Origin: Candidatus Tepidifontimicrobium thermophilum
Lineage (GTDB): Bacteria > Sysuimicrobiota > Sysuimicrobiia > Sysuimicrobiales > Sysuimicrobiaceae
Reading direction: 5' to 3'
Length of the DNA stretch: 64,000 nt
Assembly (NCBI GenBank): GCA_031459915.1
Contig: JAVKHO010000003.1
Span: 96,001 to 160,000 of the forward strand
Below, piece by piece: positions 40,359 to 50,241 of this stretch (position 1 is its first letter; every line of letters starts with the position of its first letter). Made by a program: the position numbers and the translations under genes. The notes below the pieces were generated by a model that was given only the letters and a program-made list of their open reading frames with translations, was not told where the DNA came from and ran no database searches.

Positions 40359-40763
40359 GTGAAGGTGGCGTACCTGTTCGCGACGCCGCGCGCTGCCAGC
40401 TACAAACTCGGCCAGATGATCCTGCCGCAGCTGGAGGCGGGCACCCACGGGGCCCGGGTGGTGGCCATGTTCTTCTTCGACGACAACGTCTTCGCCCTGC
40501 GGCGGGGGGACCCGATCGGCGAGCGGCTCGCCCGGGTAGCCCGGGATCAGGGGATCGTTCTGATGGCGTGCGACACGTGTGCCCTGGAGAGGGGTCTGGC
40601 CCTTGGGGAACCGGTCTGGTGCGACCCCGCGAGGGCTGCGGGGCGGAGGGAGCCAGGGAGGTGTGAGCCGCACGGGACGGTGGACGGTGTCCAGGTGGGC
40701 TGCTTCCCGGATCTGTACCGAGTACTCCAGGTGGACCCGCCGGACCAGGTGGTCACGCTGTAG
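40359..40763 (+). CDS. DsrE-related (SaoD-like) protein
   Basis: ASYKLGQMILPQLE..HG..V.MFFFDDN, MACDTCALERG, VGCFPDLY; RBS AAGGAGGT. Confidence 0.75.
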   Translation: MKVAYLFATPRAASYKLGQMILPQLEAGTHGARVVAMFFFDDNVFALRRGDPIGERLARVARDQGIVLMACDTCALERGLALGEPVWCDPARAAGRREPGRCEPHGTVDGVQVGCFPDLYRVLQVDPPDQVVTL

Positions 40764-40799
40764 CGTCGGGCCAGGGGCAGCCCGGGAAGGGGTGGTGTC

Positions 40800-41564
40800 T
40801 TGTCCGGGAAAGACCTACCAGGAGTCGTAGCCGAACTCGAGCACGTGTGTGTGGACTTCGGTGGCGACCGCGTGCTGGACCAGGTGGACCTGCGCATCCA
40901 GCGGGGGGACTTCCTGGGTGTCATCGGCCCCAACGGGGCAGGCAAGACCACGCTGTTGCGGGTGCTGCTGGGTTTGGTCCGGCCCACCTGCGGGCACGTG
41001 CGCCTGTTCGGCCAGGAGCTGCGGCGGTTCCGCGACTGGCACCGGGTGGGTTACGTGCCGCAGAAGGCGGTGGCGTTCGAGACCCGCTTCCCCGCCACGG
41101 TGCTGGAGGTGGTGCTGAGCGGGCGGGCCGGCCGGGTGGGAGCCGGCCGGCGGTTCCGTCCGCACGACCGCGCGGCAGCGGAGGCAGCCCTGCGCACTAC
41201 GGGGCTGTGGGAGCTGCGGGACCGGCTCGTGGGCCGGCTTTCGGTCGGGCAGCAGCAGCGGGTGTTCATCGCCCGGGCGCTGGCCAACGAGCCGGAGCTG
41301 TTGCTCCTGGACGAGCCCACGGTGGGGGTGGATCCGGAGGGGGAGGAGCAATTCTACGAGCTGCTGCGCTACCTCAACCGGGAACGCGGGACGACCGTGG
41401 TCCTGGTGTCCCACGACGTGACCGCGGTGGCGCGCGAAGTTTCCCAGCTGGCGTGCCTGAACCGGACGTTGTTCTTCCACGGGCCGCCGGAGGAGGCCCT
41501 CCGGGCGGGGACGGTGGAGCGGCTGTACGGGGCCCGAAACCTCGTGGTGGCGCACCGGCACTGA
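40800..41564 (+). CDS. znuC: zinc ABC transporter ATP-binding protein
   Basis: GPNGAGKTT, GYVPQK, LSVGQQQRV, LDEPT, SHD. Confidence 0.92.
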   Translation: MSGKDLPGVVAELEHVCVDFGGDRVLDQVDLRIQRGDFLGVIGPNGAGKTTLLRVLLGLVRPTCGHVRLFGQELRRFRDWHRVGYVPQKAVAFETRFPATVLEVVLSGRAGRVGAGRRFRPHDRAAAEAALRTTGLWELRDRLVGRLSVGQQQRVFIARALANEPELLLLDEPTVGVDPEGEEQFYELLRYLNRERGTTVVLVSHDVTAVAREVSQLACLNRTLFFHGPPEEALRAGTVERLYGARNLVVAHRH

Positions 41565-41570
41565 AGTACC

Positions 41571-42371
41571 GTGGAGCTGTTTCAGTACGGGTTCATGCAA
41601 CGGGCGCTGGTAGCCGGCCTGCTGCTGGCCGTGACCGCGCCGGCGGTGGGCGTGTTCCTCGTGCTGCGGCGCATGAGCCCCATCGCGGACACCCTCGCCC
41701 ACGTGGCGCTGGCGGGTGTGGGTGCGGCGGTGCTGGTGGGGATGTCGCCCGCGGTGGGGGCCCTGGTGCTCACCGTGGTAGGGGCGCTGGGGGTGGAACG
41801 CCTGAGGGCTTCCGGCCAGTTGTTCGGGGAGGCCGCTCTGGCGCTGTTCCTAAGCGGGGGGCTGGCGGTGGCGGTGGTGCTGCTGAGCCTGGCCCGCGGG
41901 CTGAACGCGGACCTGCTGGGTTACCTGTTCGGGGCGGTCGCCGCGGTCACGCCTCAGGACCTGGTGTGGATGGCGGGGCTGGCGGTGGGGGTGTGCGGGA
42001 GCGTGGCGCTGTTCTACAAGGACCTGTTCGCCCTCACCTTCGACGAGGAGGCCGCACGGGTTCAGGGCGTGCCCACCGACGCCCTGAACGTGCTGCTCAC
42101 CGTGCTGGTGGCGGTGACGGTGGTGGTGGGCATGCAGGTGGTGGGGATCCTGCTCACCAGCGCCCTCCTGGTGGTCCCCGCCCTTACCGCGATGCGGATT
42201 GCGCGCAGCTTCCGCGGAACCCTGGCCCTGGCCGTGGCTGTGGCCGCGGTGGCGGTGCTGGCCGGCCTGGTGGCGAGCTTCTACCTGGACGTGGCACCGA
42301 GCGGGGCGGTGGTCCTGGCCAGCATCGCCCTGTTCGCGGGAGCCTCCTGGGGCCTGCGCGAGAGGCGGTGA
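41571..42371 (+). CDS. znuB: zinc ABC transporter permease
   Basis: FMQRAL, DTLAHVALAG, YLFG, FDEEAA, VVGILL; multiple TM helices. Confidence 0.92.
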   Translation: MELFQYGFMQRALVAGLLLAVTAPAVGVFLVLRRMSPIADTLAHVALAGVGAAVLVGMSPAVGALVLTVVGALGVERLRASGQLFGEAALALFLSGGLAVAVVLLSLARGLNADLLGYLFGAVAAVTPQDLVWMAGLAVGVCGSVALFYKDLFALTFDEEAARVQGVPTDALNVLLTVLVAVTVVVGMQVVGILLTSALLVVPALTAMRIARSFRGTLALAVAVAAVAVLAGLVASFYLDVAPSGAVVLASIALFAGASWGLRERR

Positions 42372-42916
42372 GGAACCCGGGCGAGGCGGGATGCCACGGC
42401 CCGCGGACGATCCACACCGCGGGCCACTCCACCCGCAGTCTCGGGGACTTCCTGGAGCTCCTGCGGGTGCACCGGATCCAGGTGGTGGTGGACGTCCGGC
42501 GTTGGCCCACGTCCCGCCGCTTCCCCCATTTCCGGAAGGACGAGCTGCAGCCCGCTCTCAGCGGGGAGGGGATCGACTACGTGTGGCGGGAGGAGCTCGG
42601 TGGCTTCCGTCGCCCCTCCGCGGGATCGCCCAACACGGGGTGGCGGGTGGCGGCCTTCCGCGCGTACGCGGACTTCATGCTGACCCCGGAGTTCGACCGG
42701 ATCCTGGGGGAGCTGCAGACGGTGGCGTCGCAAAAGAGGATGGTGCTCATGTGCGCGGAGGCCACGCCGTGGCGGTGCCACCGTCAGCTCCTGGCGGACG
42801 CCTTCCTGGTGCGCGGGTGGAACGTTCGGCACATCACCGACCGGGGTTGCTCCGCGCACCGCCTGACGCCGTTCGCCCGGGTGGAGGGGACCCGGATCGT
42901 GTACGCCGCGCCGTGA
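42368..42916 (+). CDS. DUF488 family protein
   Basis: TAGHSTR, VDVRRWPTSR, LGGFRR, FRAYADFM, MCAEATPWRCHR. Confidence 0.88.
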   Translation: MRNPGEAGCHGPRTIHTAGHSTRSLGDFLELLRVHRIQVVVDVRRWPTSRRFPHFRKDELQPALSGEGIDYVWREELGGFRRPSAGSPNTGWRVAAFRAYADFMLTPEFDRILGELQTVASQKRMVLMCAEATPWRCHRQLLADAFLVRGWNVRHITDRGCSAHRLTPFARVEGTRIVYAAP

Positions 42917-42957
42917 GTTCCCGCGGACCCGGAGACGGCATCCTGGACGGGGTGAAG

Positions 42958-44058
42958 TCATCCCCACACGCCCGGGATGCAGGTCCCGCAGTCCGGACAG
43001 GTGCCCCTGGTGCCCGTGAGGCGGTTCTGCAGGACGCGGAAGCCCCGCCGCTCGACCAACAGCGCCCCGCAGCCATGGCAGTACGTGTTCTCGTACCTTC
43101 CTACCTGGCCGGGGAGGTTCCCCACGTACACGTAGCGGAGTCCTTGTTCCTGCCCGATGTGGGCCGCGCGGAGCAGCGTCGCCGCGGGCGTGCTGGGAGT
43201 GTCCAGCATACGGTAGTCGCTGTGGAAGGCCGTGAGGTGCCAGGGGATGAAGGGGGACACTCCGGCGATGTAGGAAGCGGCGTCGCGGAGCTCGGCCTCT
43301 TCGTCGTTGAACCCCGGGACCACCAGGGTGACCACCTCCACCCAGAAGCCGCGGTCGTGGGCCCACCGCAGGGTGTCCAGGACGGTCTGCAGCCTGCCGC
43401 CCAGCTGTCGGTATCCCTTCTCCCGCATGGACTTCAGATCGACCTTGTACAGGTCCACGTACGGGCGGATGTAGTCCAGCACCTCTGGGGTGGCGTTGCC
43501 GTTGGACACGTAGCTTCCCACCAGCCCGTGCCGTCGGCCCTCGCGGAACAGGGCCACCGCCCACTCGCTGGTGATGAGGGGTTCGTTATACGTGCTGGTC
43601 AGCACGCGCGCGCCGGAGCGCAGAGCCAGCTGGACGAACTCCTCGGGGGTGATGGGGGTGAAGCCGGCCAGGCGTGTGGCCACCGGGTCCCGCAGGGTCT
43701 GGCTGATCTGCCAGTTCTGGCAGTAGGGGCACGCCAGGTCGCAGCCCAGCATCCCGAAGCTCAGGGCCCGGGCTCCCGGGTAGGCGTGGAAGAAGGGCTT
43801 CTTCTCGATGGGGTCCAGCTGCAGAGCGCCCACGTAGCCCCACGGAACGTACAGCCGGCCGCCCCGGTTGAACCGGACCCGGCAGATCCCCGACAGCCCT
43901 TCGAAGATCACGCACCGGTGACCGCAGGCAAAGCACTCCACCTTGTGGTCCTCCAGGCGGCGGTACAACTCCCCCTCCCGGGTCATCTCCTGCAGGACCC
44001 GGGCCAAGGGAGTCTGCTGGGCCTCCCGGACGCTCAGCCGCCGGAATTCCTCCGCCAC
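42958..44058 (-). CDS. amrS: AmmeMemoRadiSam-system radical SAM enzyme (PFL-activase-like)
   Basis: CFACGHRC, DPIEKKPFFH, GCDLACPYCQNWQISQ (CX3CX2C), TYNEP, YVYVGN, terminal CxxC pairs. Confidence 0.9.
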   Translation of the reverse strand: MAEEFRRLSVREAQQTPLARVLQEMTREGELYRRLEDHKVECFACGHRCVIFEGLSGICRVRFNRGGRLYVPWGYVGALQLDPIEKKPFFHAYPGARALSFGMLGCDLACPYCQNWQISQTLRDPVATRLAGFTPITPEEFVQLALRSGARVLTSTYNEPLITSEWAVALFREGRRHGLVGSYVSNGNATPEVLDYIRPYVDLYKVDLKSMREKGYRQLGGRLQTVLDTLRWAHDRGFWVEVVTLVVPGFNDEEAELRDAASYIAGVSPFIPWHLTAFHSDYRMLDTPSTPAATLLRAAHIGQEQGLRYVYVGNLPGQVGRYENTYCHGCGALLVERRGFRVLQNRLTGTRGTCPDCGTCIPGVWG

Positions 44059-44142
44059 CGTTCCCCCCGGACCGCACCCAAGCCCACTTTACCGCGCCTG
44101 CGCGCGAGAAGGCTGTGGGTCTTGAGCGCTCCGCTCGATGGG

Positions 44143-44763
44143 CTACGACCGGTTGGAGGCGCGCAGGCGCAGCTCCACCGTGACCCTGACCAGGTCCTCG
44201 GCTACGAAGAACAGAAAGCGCGGCACGGGCATGCCGTAGTCGGACATCCGGAGCTCGAACTCCGCCCTGCCCCGGAACCCGTCCGGCAAGGGGGTGACCT
44301 GTACCGGTGCGGAGACCTGGCGGGTCACGCCGCGGAGGGTGAGGCGGCCGTGGGCGATCGCCGGGAACGTACCGATGACCCGCGCGGCGTCCGTGGTCAC
44401 CATCCCCTGGAAGGTGAGGGTGGGGTACTGCTCGGTCAGGAGCTGGTCGCGGTGCATCTGGGCGTCCCGCAGGGCCAAGCCTGTGGTGACCGACCGCGCC
44501 GCCACGGTCAGCTCCAGGTCGGCCACGAAGCTCCGCTCGCCCGTCTGGCGCACCACCGCGGTCCCCTCGAACTGCTGCGCCCGGACCCGGAACCCGCCCA
44601 CGTTGTCCCGTACGAACAGCTCCACCCGGGAGTCCTCGGGGACCACCGCGAAGCGGCCGGTGGCGAGGAGCTGGGCATGCCCCGTGGCGGCGAGGGCGCT
44701 CAGCCACAGGGCCACAGCCGTGATCCCACCCAGAAGGCGTCCGGAGTTGTGATGGGCCGACAC
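44143..44763 (-). CDS. YceI-family lipid/polyisoprenoid-binding protein
   Basis: Signal peptide; SVTTGLALRDAQM, YPTLTF, GRLTLRGVTR, RMSDYG. Start uncertain. Confidence 0.82.
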   Translation of the reverse strand: MSAHHNSGRLLGGITAVALWLSALAATGHAQLLATGRFAVVPEDSRVELFVRDNVGGFRVRAQQFEGTAVVRQTGERSFVADLELTVAARSVTTGLALRDAQMHRDQLLTEQYPTLTFQGMVTTDAARVIGTFPAIAHGRLTLRGVTRQVSAPVQVTPLPDGFRGRAEFELRMSDYGMPVPRFLFFVAEDLVRVTVELRLRASNRS

Positions 44764-44866
44764 TCCCGCCCGGGTCCGCACAGCGAACAGCCTAGCAGCT
44801 CCCGTTGCCGCGCGCTACCCTGCTGACCGGCCGCAAGCGGCCGGTCCCGATTCGGTGGACGCGCGT

Positions 44867-47194
44867 CTAGCGGGCGACGGAGGCGACCCGGGCGGCTTTC
44901 TCCTCGCCCGGGGTTCCGCGCTTGCTCATCCACACCGCGAGCGCGACCACCCCCACTGCGCCCGCGCTCACCGCCACCTCCACGTACACCGGGAGGGGCC
45001 GAACCAGGATCGGCGCCACAAGCAGCGCGACCAGGTTCATCACCTTGATGATGGGGTTGAGGGCAGGCCCCGCGGTGTCCTTGAGCGGGTCCCCCACGGT
45101 GTCGCCCACCACCGCGGCTCGGTGCGCGTCTGTCCCCTTGCCCCCCAGGTAGCCGTCCTCCACCTTCTTCTTGGCGTTATCCCAGGCACCCCCGGTGTTG
45201 GCCATGAACACCGCCAGCAGCTGCGCGCTCAGGATGGCCCCGGCCAGGTAGCCGCCCAGGGCTGCCGCTCCAAGGGAGAAACCGACCAGCACGGTTGCGG
45301 CGATGGCCACCAGGGCCGGGGGCAGCAGCTCCCGCTGCGCGGCGGCGGTGACGATGTCCACGCACCGGGAGTAGTCAGGGCGGGCCCGGCCTTCCAGGAG
45401 GCCCGGGATCTCACGGAACTGCCGTCGGACCTCCTCTACGACCTGGAAGGCGGACCGGCCCACGGCCCGGATCAGGAACGCGGACACCAGGAAGGGCACG
45501 GCGCCCCCTACCAGCAGCCCCACAAACACTAGGGGCAAGTTCACCTGGATGCCCACGCCCTCCAAGGCCTGCAGCAACGCGTGGCCTCCCGAGGCCAGAG
45601 CCCGAGAGAGCTTCTGGGGGTCCGCGAACAGTTGGGCTTCGCCCAGGTAGGACCGGAACAGAGCGGTGGCGGCCACCACCGCGGTGGCGATGGCGAAGCC
45701 CTTCGTGAGGGCCTTGGTGGTGTTGCCCACCTGGTCCAGGCGCGCCACCACGCGCCCTGCCAGGCTGTCCGCGCGCTCCACCCCGGACATCTCGAAGATG
45801 CCGTTCGCGTTGTCCACGATGGGCCCGTAGGTGTCCTCCGCCAGGATGAAGCCCGTGGTGGTCAGCAGGCCCAGCCCCGCCAGGGCGATCCCGTAGGCGG
45901 ACAGGGCCGGATCCCCTCCGAAGATGGCGAAGGAGCCGAGGATGGTGGCGCCGATGGCCGTTACGGACCACACGCTGGACTCCATCCCCAACCCCATGCC
46001 GGTGAGCAGGAGGGTGGCCGAACCCGTCTTGCTCGAGTAAGCGATCTCCGTCACCGGCGGCCGGTCCGTGTGGGTGTAGTGGTCCGTGATCCGCTCGATC
46101 ACCACCGCGAGGAGGATGCCGGTGAAAGTAGCCAGGAAGTACCGGCCGTCCCCCAGGTACCACCAGGAAACGAGCCCGAACCCCACCGTGGCCAGAGCCG
46201 CCGCGGTCCAGAAACCCCGGCTGATGGGTTTCATGGGGTCGCCCAGGGCCTCGTCGGACCCCCGCACCACCCATGTGCCCACCACGGAGGCGAACACGCC
46301 CACCGCGCGGACCAGCAGGGGGAAGATGACCAGCTTGAGGGCGAAGGCCTGGGCGGCCCCTTCGTCGGGGAACCGCGCGCGAAAAGTGGGTTCCAGCAAG
46401 GTGGCAGCGCCCAGGATGATGGCGGCCACGAGGGTCACCTCGTACGACTCGAACACGTCCGCCGCCATGCCCGCGCAGTCGCCCACGTTGTCGCCCACGT
46501 TGTCCGCTATGACCGCGGCGTTCCGGGGGTCATCCTCCGGAATGCCGGCCTCCACCTTCCCCACCAGGTCCGCGCCCACGTCCGCGGCCTTGGTGTAGAT
46601 GCCTCCCCCGACCCGCATGAAAGCCGCCACCAGCGAGCCGCCGAAGCCGAAGCCCACCAGCACCCGCATGGCGTGCTCGCGGAAGAGCAGGAAGATGACC
46701 ACCGCGCCGAGCAGCCCCAGCCCCACGGTGAACATGCCCGACACCGTGCCCGCCTGGAACGCCACCTCCAGTGCCTCCTTGAAGGATCTGCGGGCCGCGT
46801 TGGCGACCCGCACGTTGCCCTGCACCGCGGACGTCATCCCCACGTACCCTGCTCCGTACGAGGCCAGGCAGCCCATCAGGAAGGCTGCCGCCACGCCCAC
46901 CGCGAGCTCCGGCTGGTCCCGGTACAGGGGCGCGTACAGGGCGTACAGGACCACGGCAAGCACGAGCACGAACCACGCCATGGTGCGCGCCTGGCGGGAG
47001 AGGTACGCGTGTGCGCCTTCCTGAATGGCCCGTGCCACCGCCACCATGACCTCAGGTCCCGGGTCCCTCGCGAGCACCCGGCGTCGCAGCATCCATCCGT
47101 AGGCGAGCGCGAGGAGCGCAGACCCCAGGACCAGCCAGAGGAGTACCGTCTCGCTGGTGGAGAACGCCGGCAGGACGACCTTGGCCTCCGACAT
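44867..47194 (-). CDS. hppA: membrane-integral ion-translocating pyrophosphatase, K+-independent type
   Basis: GGGIYTKAADVGADLVGKVEAGIPEDDPRN, DNVGDNVGD, GNTTKA, GGAWDNAKK, GDTVGDPLKD. Confidence 0.96.
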   Translation of the reverse strand: MSEAKVVLPAFSTSETVLLWLVLGSALLALAYGWMLRRRVLARDPGPEVMVAVARAIQEGAHAYLSRQARTMAWFVLVLAVVLYALYAPLYRDQPELAVGVAAAFLMGCLASYGAGYVGMTSAVQGNVRVANAARRSFKEALEVAFQAGTVSGMFTVGLGLLGAVVIFLLFREHAMRVLVGFGFGGSLVAAFMRVGGGIYTKAADVGADLVGKVEAGIPEDDPRNAAVIADNVGDNVGDCAGMAADVFESYEVTLVAAIILGAATLLEPTFRARFPDEGAAQAFALKLVIFPLLVRAVGVFASVVGTWVVRGSDEALGDPMKPISRGFWTAAALATVGFGLVSWWYLGDGRYFLATFTGILLAVVIERITDHYTHTDRPPVTEIAYSSKTGSATLLLTGMGLGMESSVWSVTAIGATILGSFAIFGGDPALSAYGIALAGLGLLTTTGFILAEDTYGPIVDNANGIFEMSGVERADSLAGRVVARLDQVGNTTKALTKGFAIATAVVAATALFRSYLGEAQLFADPQKLSRALASGGHALLQALEGVGIQVNLPLVFVGLLVGGAVPFLVSAFLIRAVGRSAFQVVEEVRRQFREIPGLLEGRARPDYSRCVDIVTAAAQRELLPPALVAIAATVLVGFSLGAAALGGYLAGAILSAQLLAVFMANTGGAWDNAKKKVEDGYLGGKGTDAHRAAVVGDTVGDPLKDTAGPALNPIIKVMNLVALLVAPILVRPLPVYVEVAVSAGAVGVVALAVWMSKRGTPGEEKAARVASVAR

Positions 47195-47296
47195 GCATCC
47201 TCCTCGAGCGCGTGCGCTTGTGGTAGAGGTCGGCCCTCTCTCCGGGCCCAAGTTGCTATCCTAGGCCAACCCGGACCGAACCGCCAGGGTCCCGGA

Positions 47297-47764
47297 CTAC
47301 GGGTCAGGCCCCTGCCGGAGCACCAGCAGTCGGGGGCAGCTTGGAGTGGACGCCGCCTCCACCCGCAGCGCGGCGCCGTCCCGCGCCACGGCGGAGAGGA
47401 CCAGTACCCGGCCCGCCGCGCGCAGCTCCTGGCCAGCGAGCCGGCTTACACGCAACACGAACTCGTCCAGGCGTCGCGGGGGCGTTGTGGTCTCGAACCA
47501 CCCCGCGCGCCGCACGAACCCGTCCGCGGGCATCCCCCAGCCTAGGGAGCGGAAGCGCATCCCTTCCAGCCATAGGCGGCCCTGGGCGTCCACCCGGTAA
47601 CGCTCCACCACCGGGCTGCGCTCAGCCGAGTGCACATAGTGCAGCTCGAACCGGCCGTCCGGAGCGAGACACAAGGACAGGCCCGGGGCTGTCCCGCAGG
47701 CGGCCAGGAGGGCGCCCAGGGCGAGGGTGAGGGGGCGGGCAGAGATCCCCGGGCGGCCGGTCAC
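47297..47764 (-). CDS. DUF1850 family protein
   Basis: FELHYVHSAERSPVVERY...FRSLGWGMP; possible lipobox LAAC. Confidence 0.7.
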   Translation of the reverse strand: MTGRPGISARPLTLALGALLAACGTAPGLSLCLAPDGRFELHYVHSAERSPVVERYRVDAQGRLWLEGMRFRSLGWGMPADGFVRRAGWFETTTPPRRLDEFVLRVSRLAGQELRAAGRVLVLSAVARDGAALRVEAASTPSCPRLLVLRQGPDP

Positions 47765-48237
47765 CGCGCGGCAGAAGGCAGCCTGGCGGCCCGCGGCCGG
47801 TACGACACCTGGGCACCCACGCCGATGCCGTGCCGGGCGAAGAAGCCCTGGTTGACCTCCAGGGCATACTGCGCCTCGTACCGCGAGAGGTAGATGGGGA
47901 TTTCGCCGCCGGGGGCCGGCGGGTTCATGTCCTGGATGTCCACGATGCGCCAGGCGCTGTCGATGAAGGCGATGGAGAGGGGGATCCACGTGTTCTTCAT
48001 CCAGAACGCGAGCCTCTGGGGCGAGTCGAACAGGAACAGCATGCCGGCGTACTCAGGAAGCCAGGTGCGGTGCATGAGGCCGCGGGCACGGGTGGCGACG
48101 GTGTCCGCGACCTCCACGTCCAGGGTGACCCGCCGCGGCCCGTCCACCAGGGTCACGGTGCCCCTCTTGAAGTCGGGCGCTGCGGCGGAGGAGGTCGCCC
48201 ACAGCAGCAGGGCTGCAACGAGGAGCACTGCCCGCAT
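47761..48237 (-). CDS. DUF192 family exported protein
   Basis: VEVADT..TRARGLM, GMLFLF, FWMKNT.IPLSIAFID, YALEVNQG. Confidence 0.88.
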   Translation of the reverse strand: MRAVLLVAALLLWATSSAAAPDFKRGTVTLVDGPRRVTLDVEVADTVATRARGLMHRTWLPEYAGMLFLFDSPQRLAFWMKNTWIPLSIAFIDSAWRIVDIQDMNPPAPGGEIPIYLSRYEAQYALEVNQGFFARHGIGVGAQVSYRPRAARLPSAAR

Positions 48238-48279
48238 CTTCCCTCCGAATCCGGAAGATCGCCCTTCCCAGGGAAGGGT

Positions 48280-49254
48280 CTAGCCCGATTGTACGCCGGG
48301 CTCCGGGAGCTCGGTGGGGACCGCTTCCAGCCGGAGCATCCGCGGTCCGCGCAGGACCCACAGCTCCATGGGCTGGCCTGGGGGATGCTGGCCAGTGGCC
48401 AGCTGGAGGTCCTCCGGGCCCCGCACCGCCCGGCCAGACGCGCGCACCACCACGTCGCCCGGGCGCAGGCCCGCACGGTCCGCGGCCGAGCCTGCCTCCA
48501 CGCGGACCACGCGAGCCGACCGCTCGGAGTCCAGCCGGTACTCCACGGCCAGGCGGCGCTCCACCCGGACGGGTTCGGCAGCCACACCCAGGTAGGCGCG
48601 GCGCACCCGGCCGTACTGGAGTAACTGACCGGCCACCCAGCGCGCCGTGTTGGCAGGGATGGCAAAGCACAGGCCCTGGGCCCCCGCGATGACCGCGGTG
48701 TTGATGCCCACCACCCGGCCCCAGGCGTCCGCCAGGGGTCCGCCGGAGTTCCCGGGGTTGAGGGCCGCGTCCGTCTGGATGACGTTGTCGATCAGCCGGC
48801 CGGTCTGGCTGTACAGGGTCCTGCCCAGGGCGCTGACCACGCCCGCGGTCACCGTGGCGGCGAACCCCAGAGGGTTCCCGATGGCCACCACCAGCTGGCC
48901 CACCCTCAGCCGGCTGGAGTCTCCCAGCTCCGCCGCGGGGAGACCTCCCTCAGGGATCCGCAGGAGCGCCAGGTCGGTGTGGGGATCTTCGCCGACCCGC
49001 ACAGCCGGCAGCGTACGTCCGTCGGACAGGCGCACCGCTAGGCGGGGCGCCGCCTGCACCACGTGGTGGTTGGTGAGGACGTACCCGTCGGGAGCCAGCA
49101 CCACACCGCTGGCCGCGCCGTGCAGCCTTCCAGAGCCAGCGGGTCCGGAAGCCACGCTCACCACCGCAGGGCCCACACGCTCCACGGCCCGGACCACCGC
49201 GTGGGAGTACGCGTCCAGCAGCTCTCCGTCGTCCGGTTGGGGGTTGGGATCCAT
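48280..49254 (-). CDS. HtrA/DegP-like S1C serine protease with PDZ domain, no signal peptide
   Basis: LTNHHVV, TDLALL, IGNPLG, IQTDAALNPGNSGGPL, C-terminal PDZ. Confidence 0.92.
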   Translation of the reverse strand: MDPNPQPDDGELLDAYSHAVVRAVERVGPAVVSVASGPAGSGRLHGAASGVVLAPDGYVLTNHHVVQAAPRLAVRLSDGRTLPAVRVGEDPHTDLALLRIPEGGLPAAELGDSSRLRVGQLVVAIGNPLGFAATVTAGVVSALGRTLYSQTGRLIDNVIQTDAALNPGNSGGPLADAWGRVVGINTAVIAGAQGLCFAIPANTARWVAGQLLQYGRVRRAYLGVAAEPVRVERRLAVEYRLDSERSARVVRVEAGSAADRAGLRPGDVVVRASGRAVRGPEDLQLATGQHPPGQPMELWVLRGPRMLRLEAVPTELPEPGVQSG

Positions 49255-49380
49255 GCCCGGCCAAACGTCCGGTGTACGCGAATCATTCCCGAGGAGCCGG
49301 GCGGGCAGCTGGCACGAAAACGCCAGCTCGGTTGCCGGGGACAGGGGAGGGCGGGGGCCGGGGGGCGAATACTGACGGGT

Positions 49381-50241
49381 ATGAGTGAGCTGCGGGAAGT
49401 TCAGGTCAGGGACAACGTATGGGTTTGGGGGTTCGACGGGGACGGACCGGCCGCTAGCTACGGCGCGAACTGCGTGGCCGTGGTGGCCGATGCTGGCGTG
49501 GTCCTCATCGACGCTCTGCTGTCGCCGGCGCACGCACGACGTGTGGAGGCGGCCCTGCGGCAGAGGACGGACCGGCCCGTACGACTGGTCGTGCTCACCC
49601 ACCACCACGCGGATCACACGTGGGGAGCGGTGCACTTCGTGCGGCAGGGCGCGCTGCTGGTCGCGCACCGGGCTTGCCGGGAGCGGATGGCCGCAGACCA
49701 CCCCGGCCAGCTGGCGGCCCGACGGGGCCAGTTGGAGGCCGCGGAACTGCTGTCGGAGGTGGTGCTCGTGCTGCCCTCCCTTACCTTCGACCAGGGGATC
49801 GGGGTCCACCTCGGCGTGGAGGTGGAGGTGTGGCACCCCGGACACGGCCACACGTCCGGGGACGCCTTCGTGTACCTCCCCGAGGCGGGCGTGGCCGTGT
49901 GCGGGGACCTGGTCTTCCACCGCTACCACTTCAACTACCAGGACGCGGATCTAGCCGGCGTACGCCGTGGCCTGGAGGCCTTGGGATCCCTCGACGCGGA
50001 CGTGTTCATTCCCGGACACGGACCCCCGGGAGGGACGGAGCTGCTACAGGCGCAGGCCGCTTACCACGACGCGGTGGAGGAAGTGGTCCGGCAGGGCCTC
50101 GCCGCGGGCAAGGGGGAGGCGGAGGTGACCACGGAGCTGCAGGCCCGGTTCCCGGGCTACGGGCTCACCTCCGCTCTGCCGGTCACCTACGCGCGGGTGC
50201 GGGAGTGGTTGCTCCGCCCGGCCCGGGGAGGCCGCGCATGA
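49381..50241 (+). CDS. MBL-fold metallo-hydrolase
   Basis: LTHHHADHTWG, GHTSGD, GDLVF, IPGHG. Confidence 0.9.
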   Translation: MSELREVQVRDNVWVWGFDGDGPAASYGANCVAVVADAGVVLIDALLSPAHARRVEAALRQRTDRPVRLVVLTHHHADHTWGAVHFVRQGALLVAHRACRERMAADHPGQLAARRGQLEAAELLSEVVLVLPSLTFDQGIGVHLGVEVEVWHPGHGHTSGDAFVYLPEAGVAVCGDLVFHRYHFNYQDADLAGVRRGLEALGSLDADVFIPGHGPPGGTELLQAQAAYHDAVEEVVRQGLAAGKGEAEVTTELQARFPGYGLTSALPVTYARVREWLLRPARGGRA

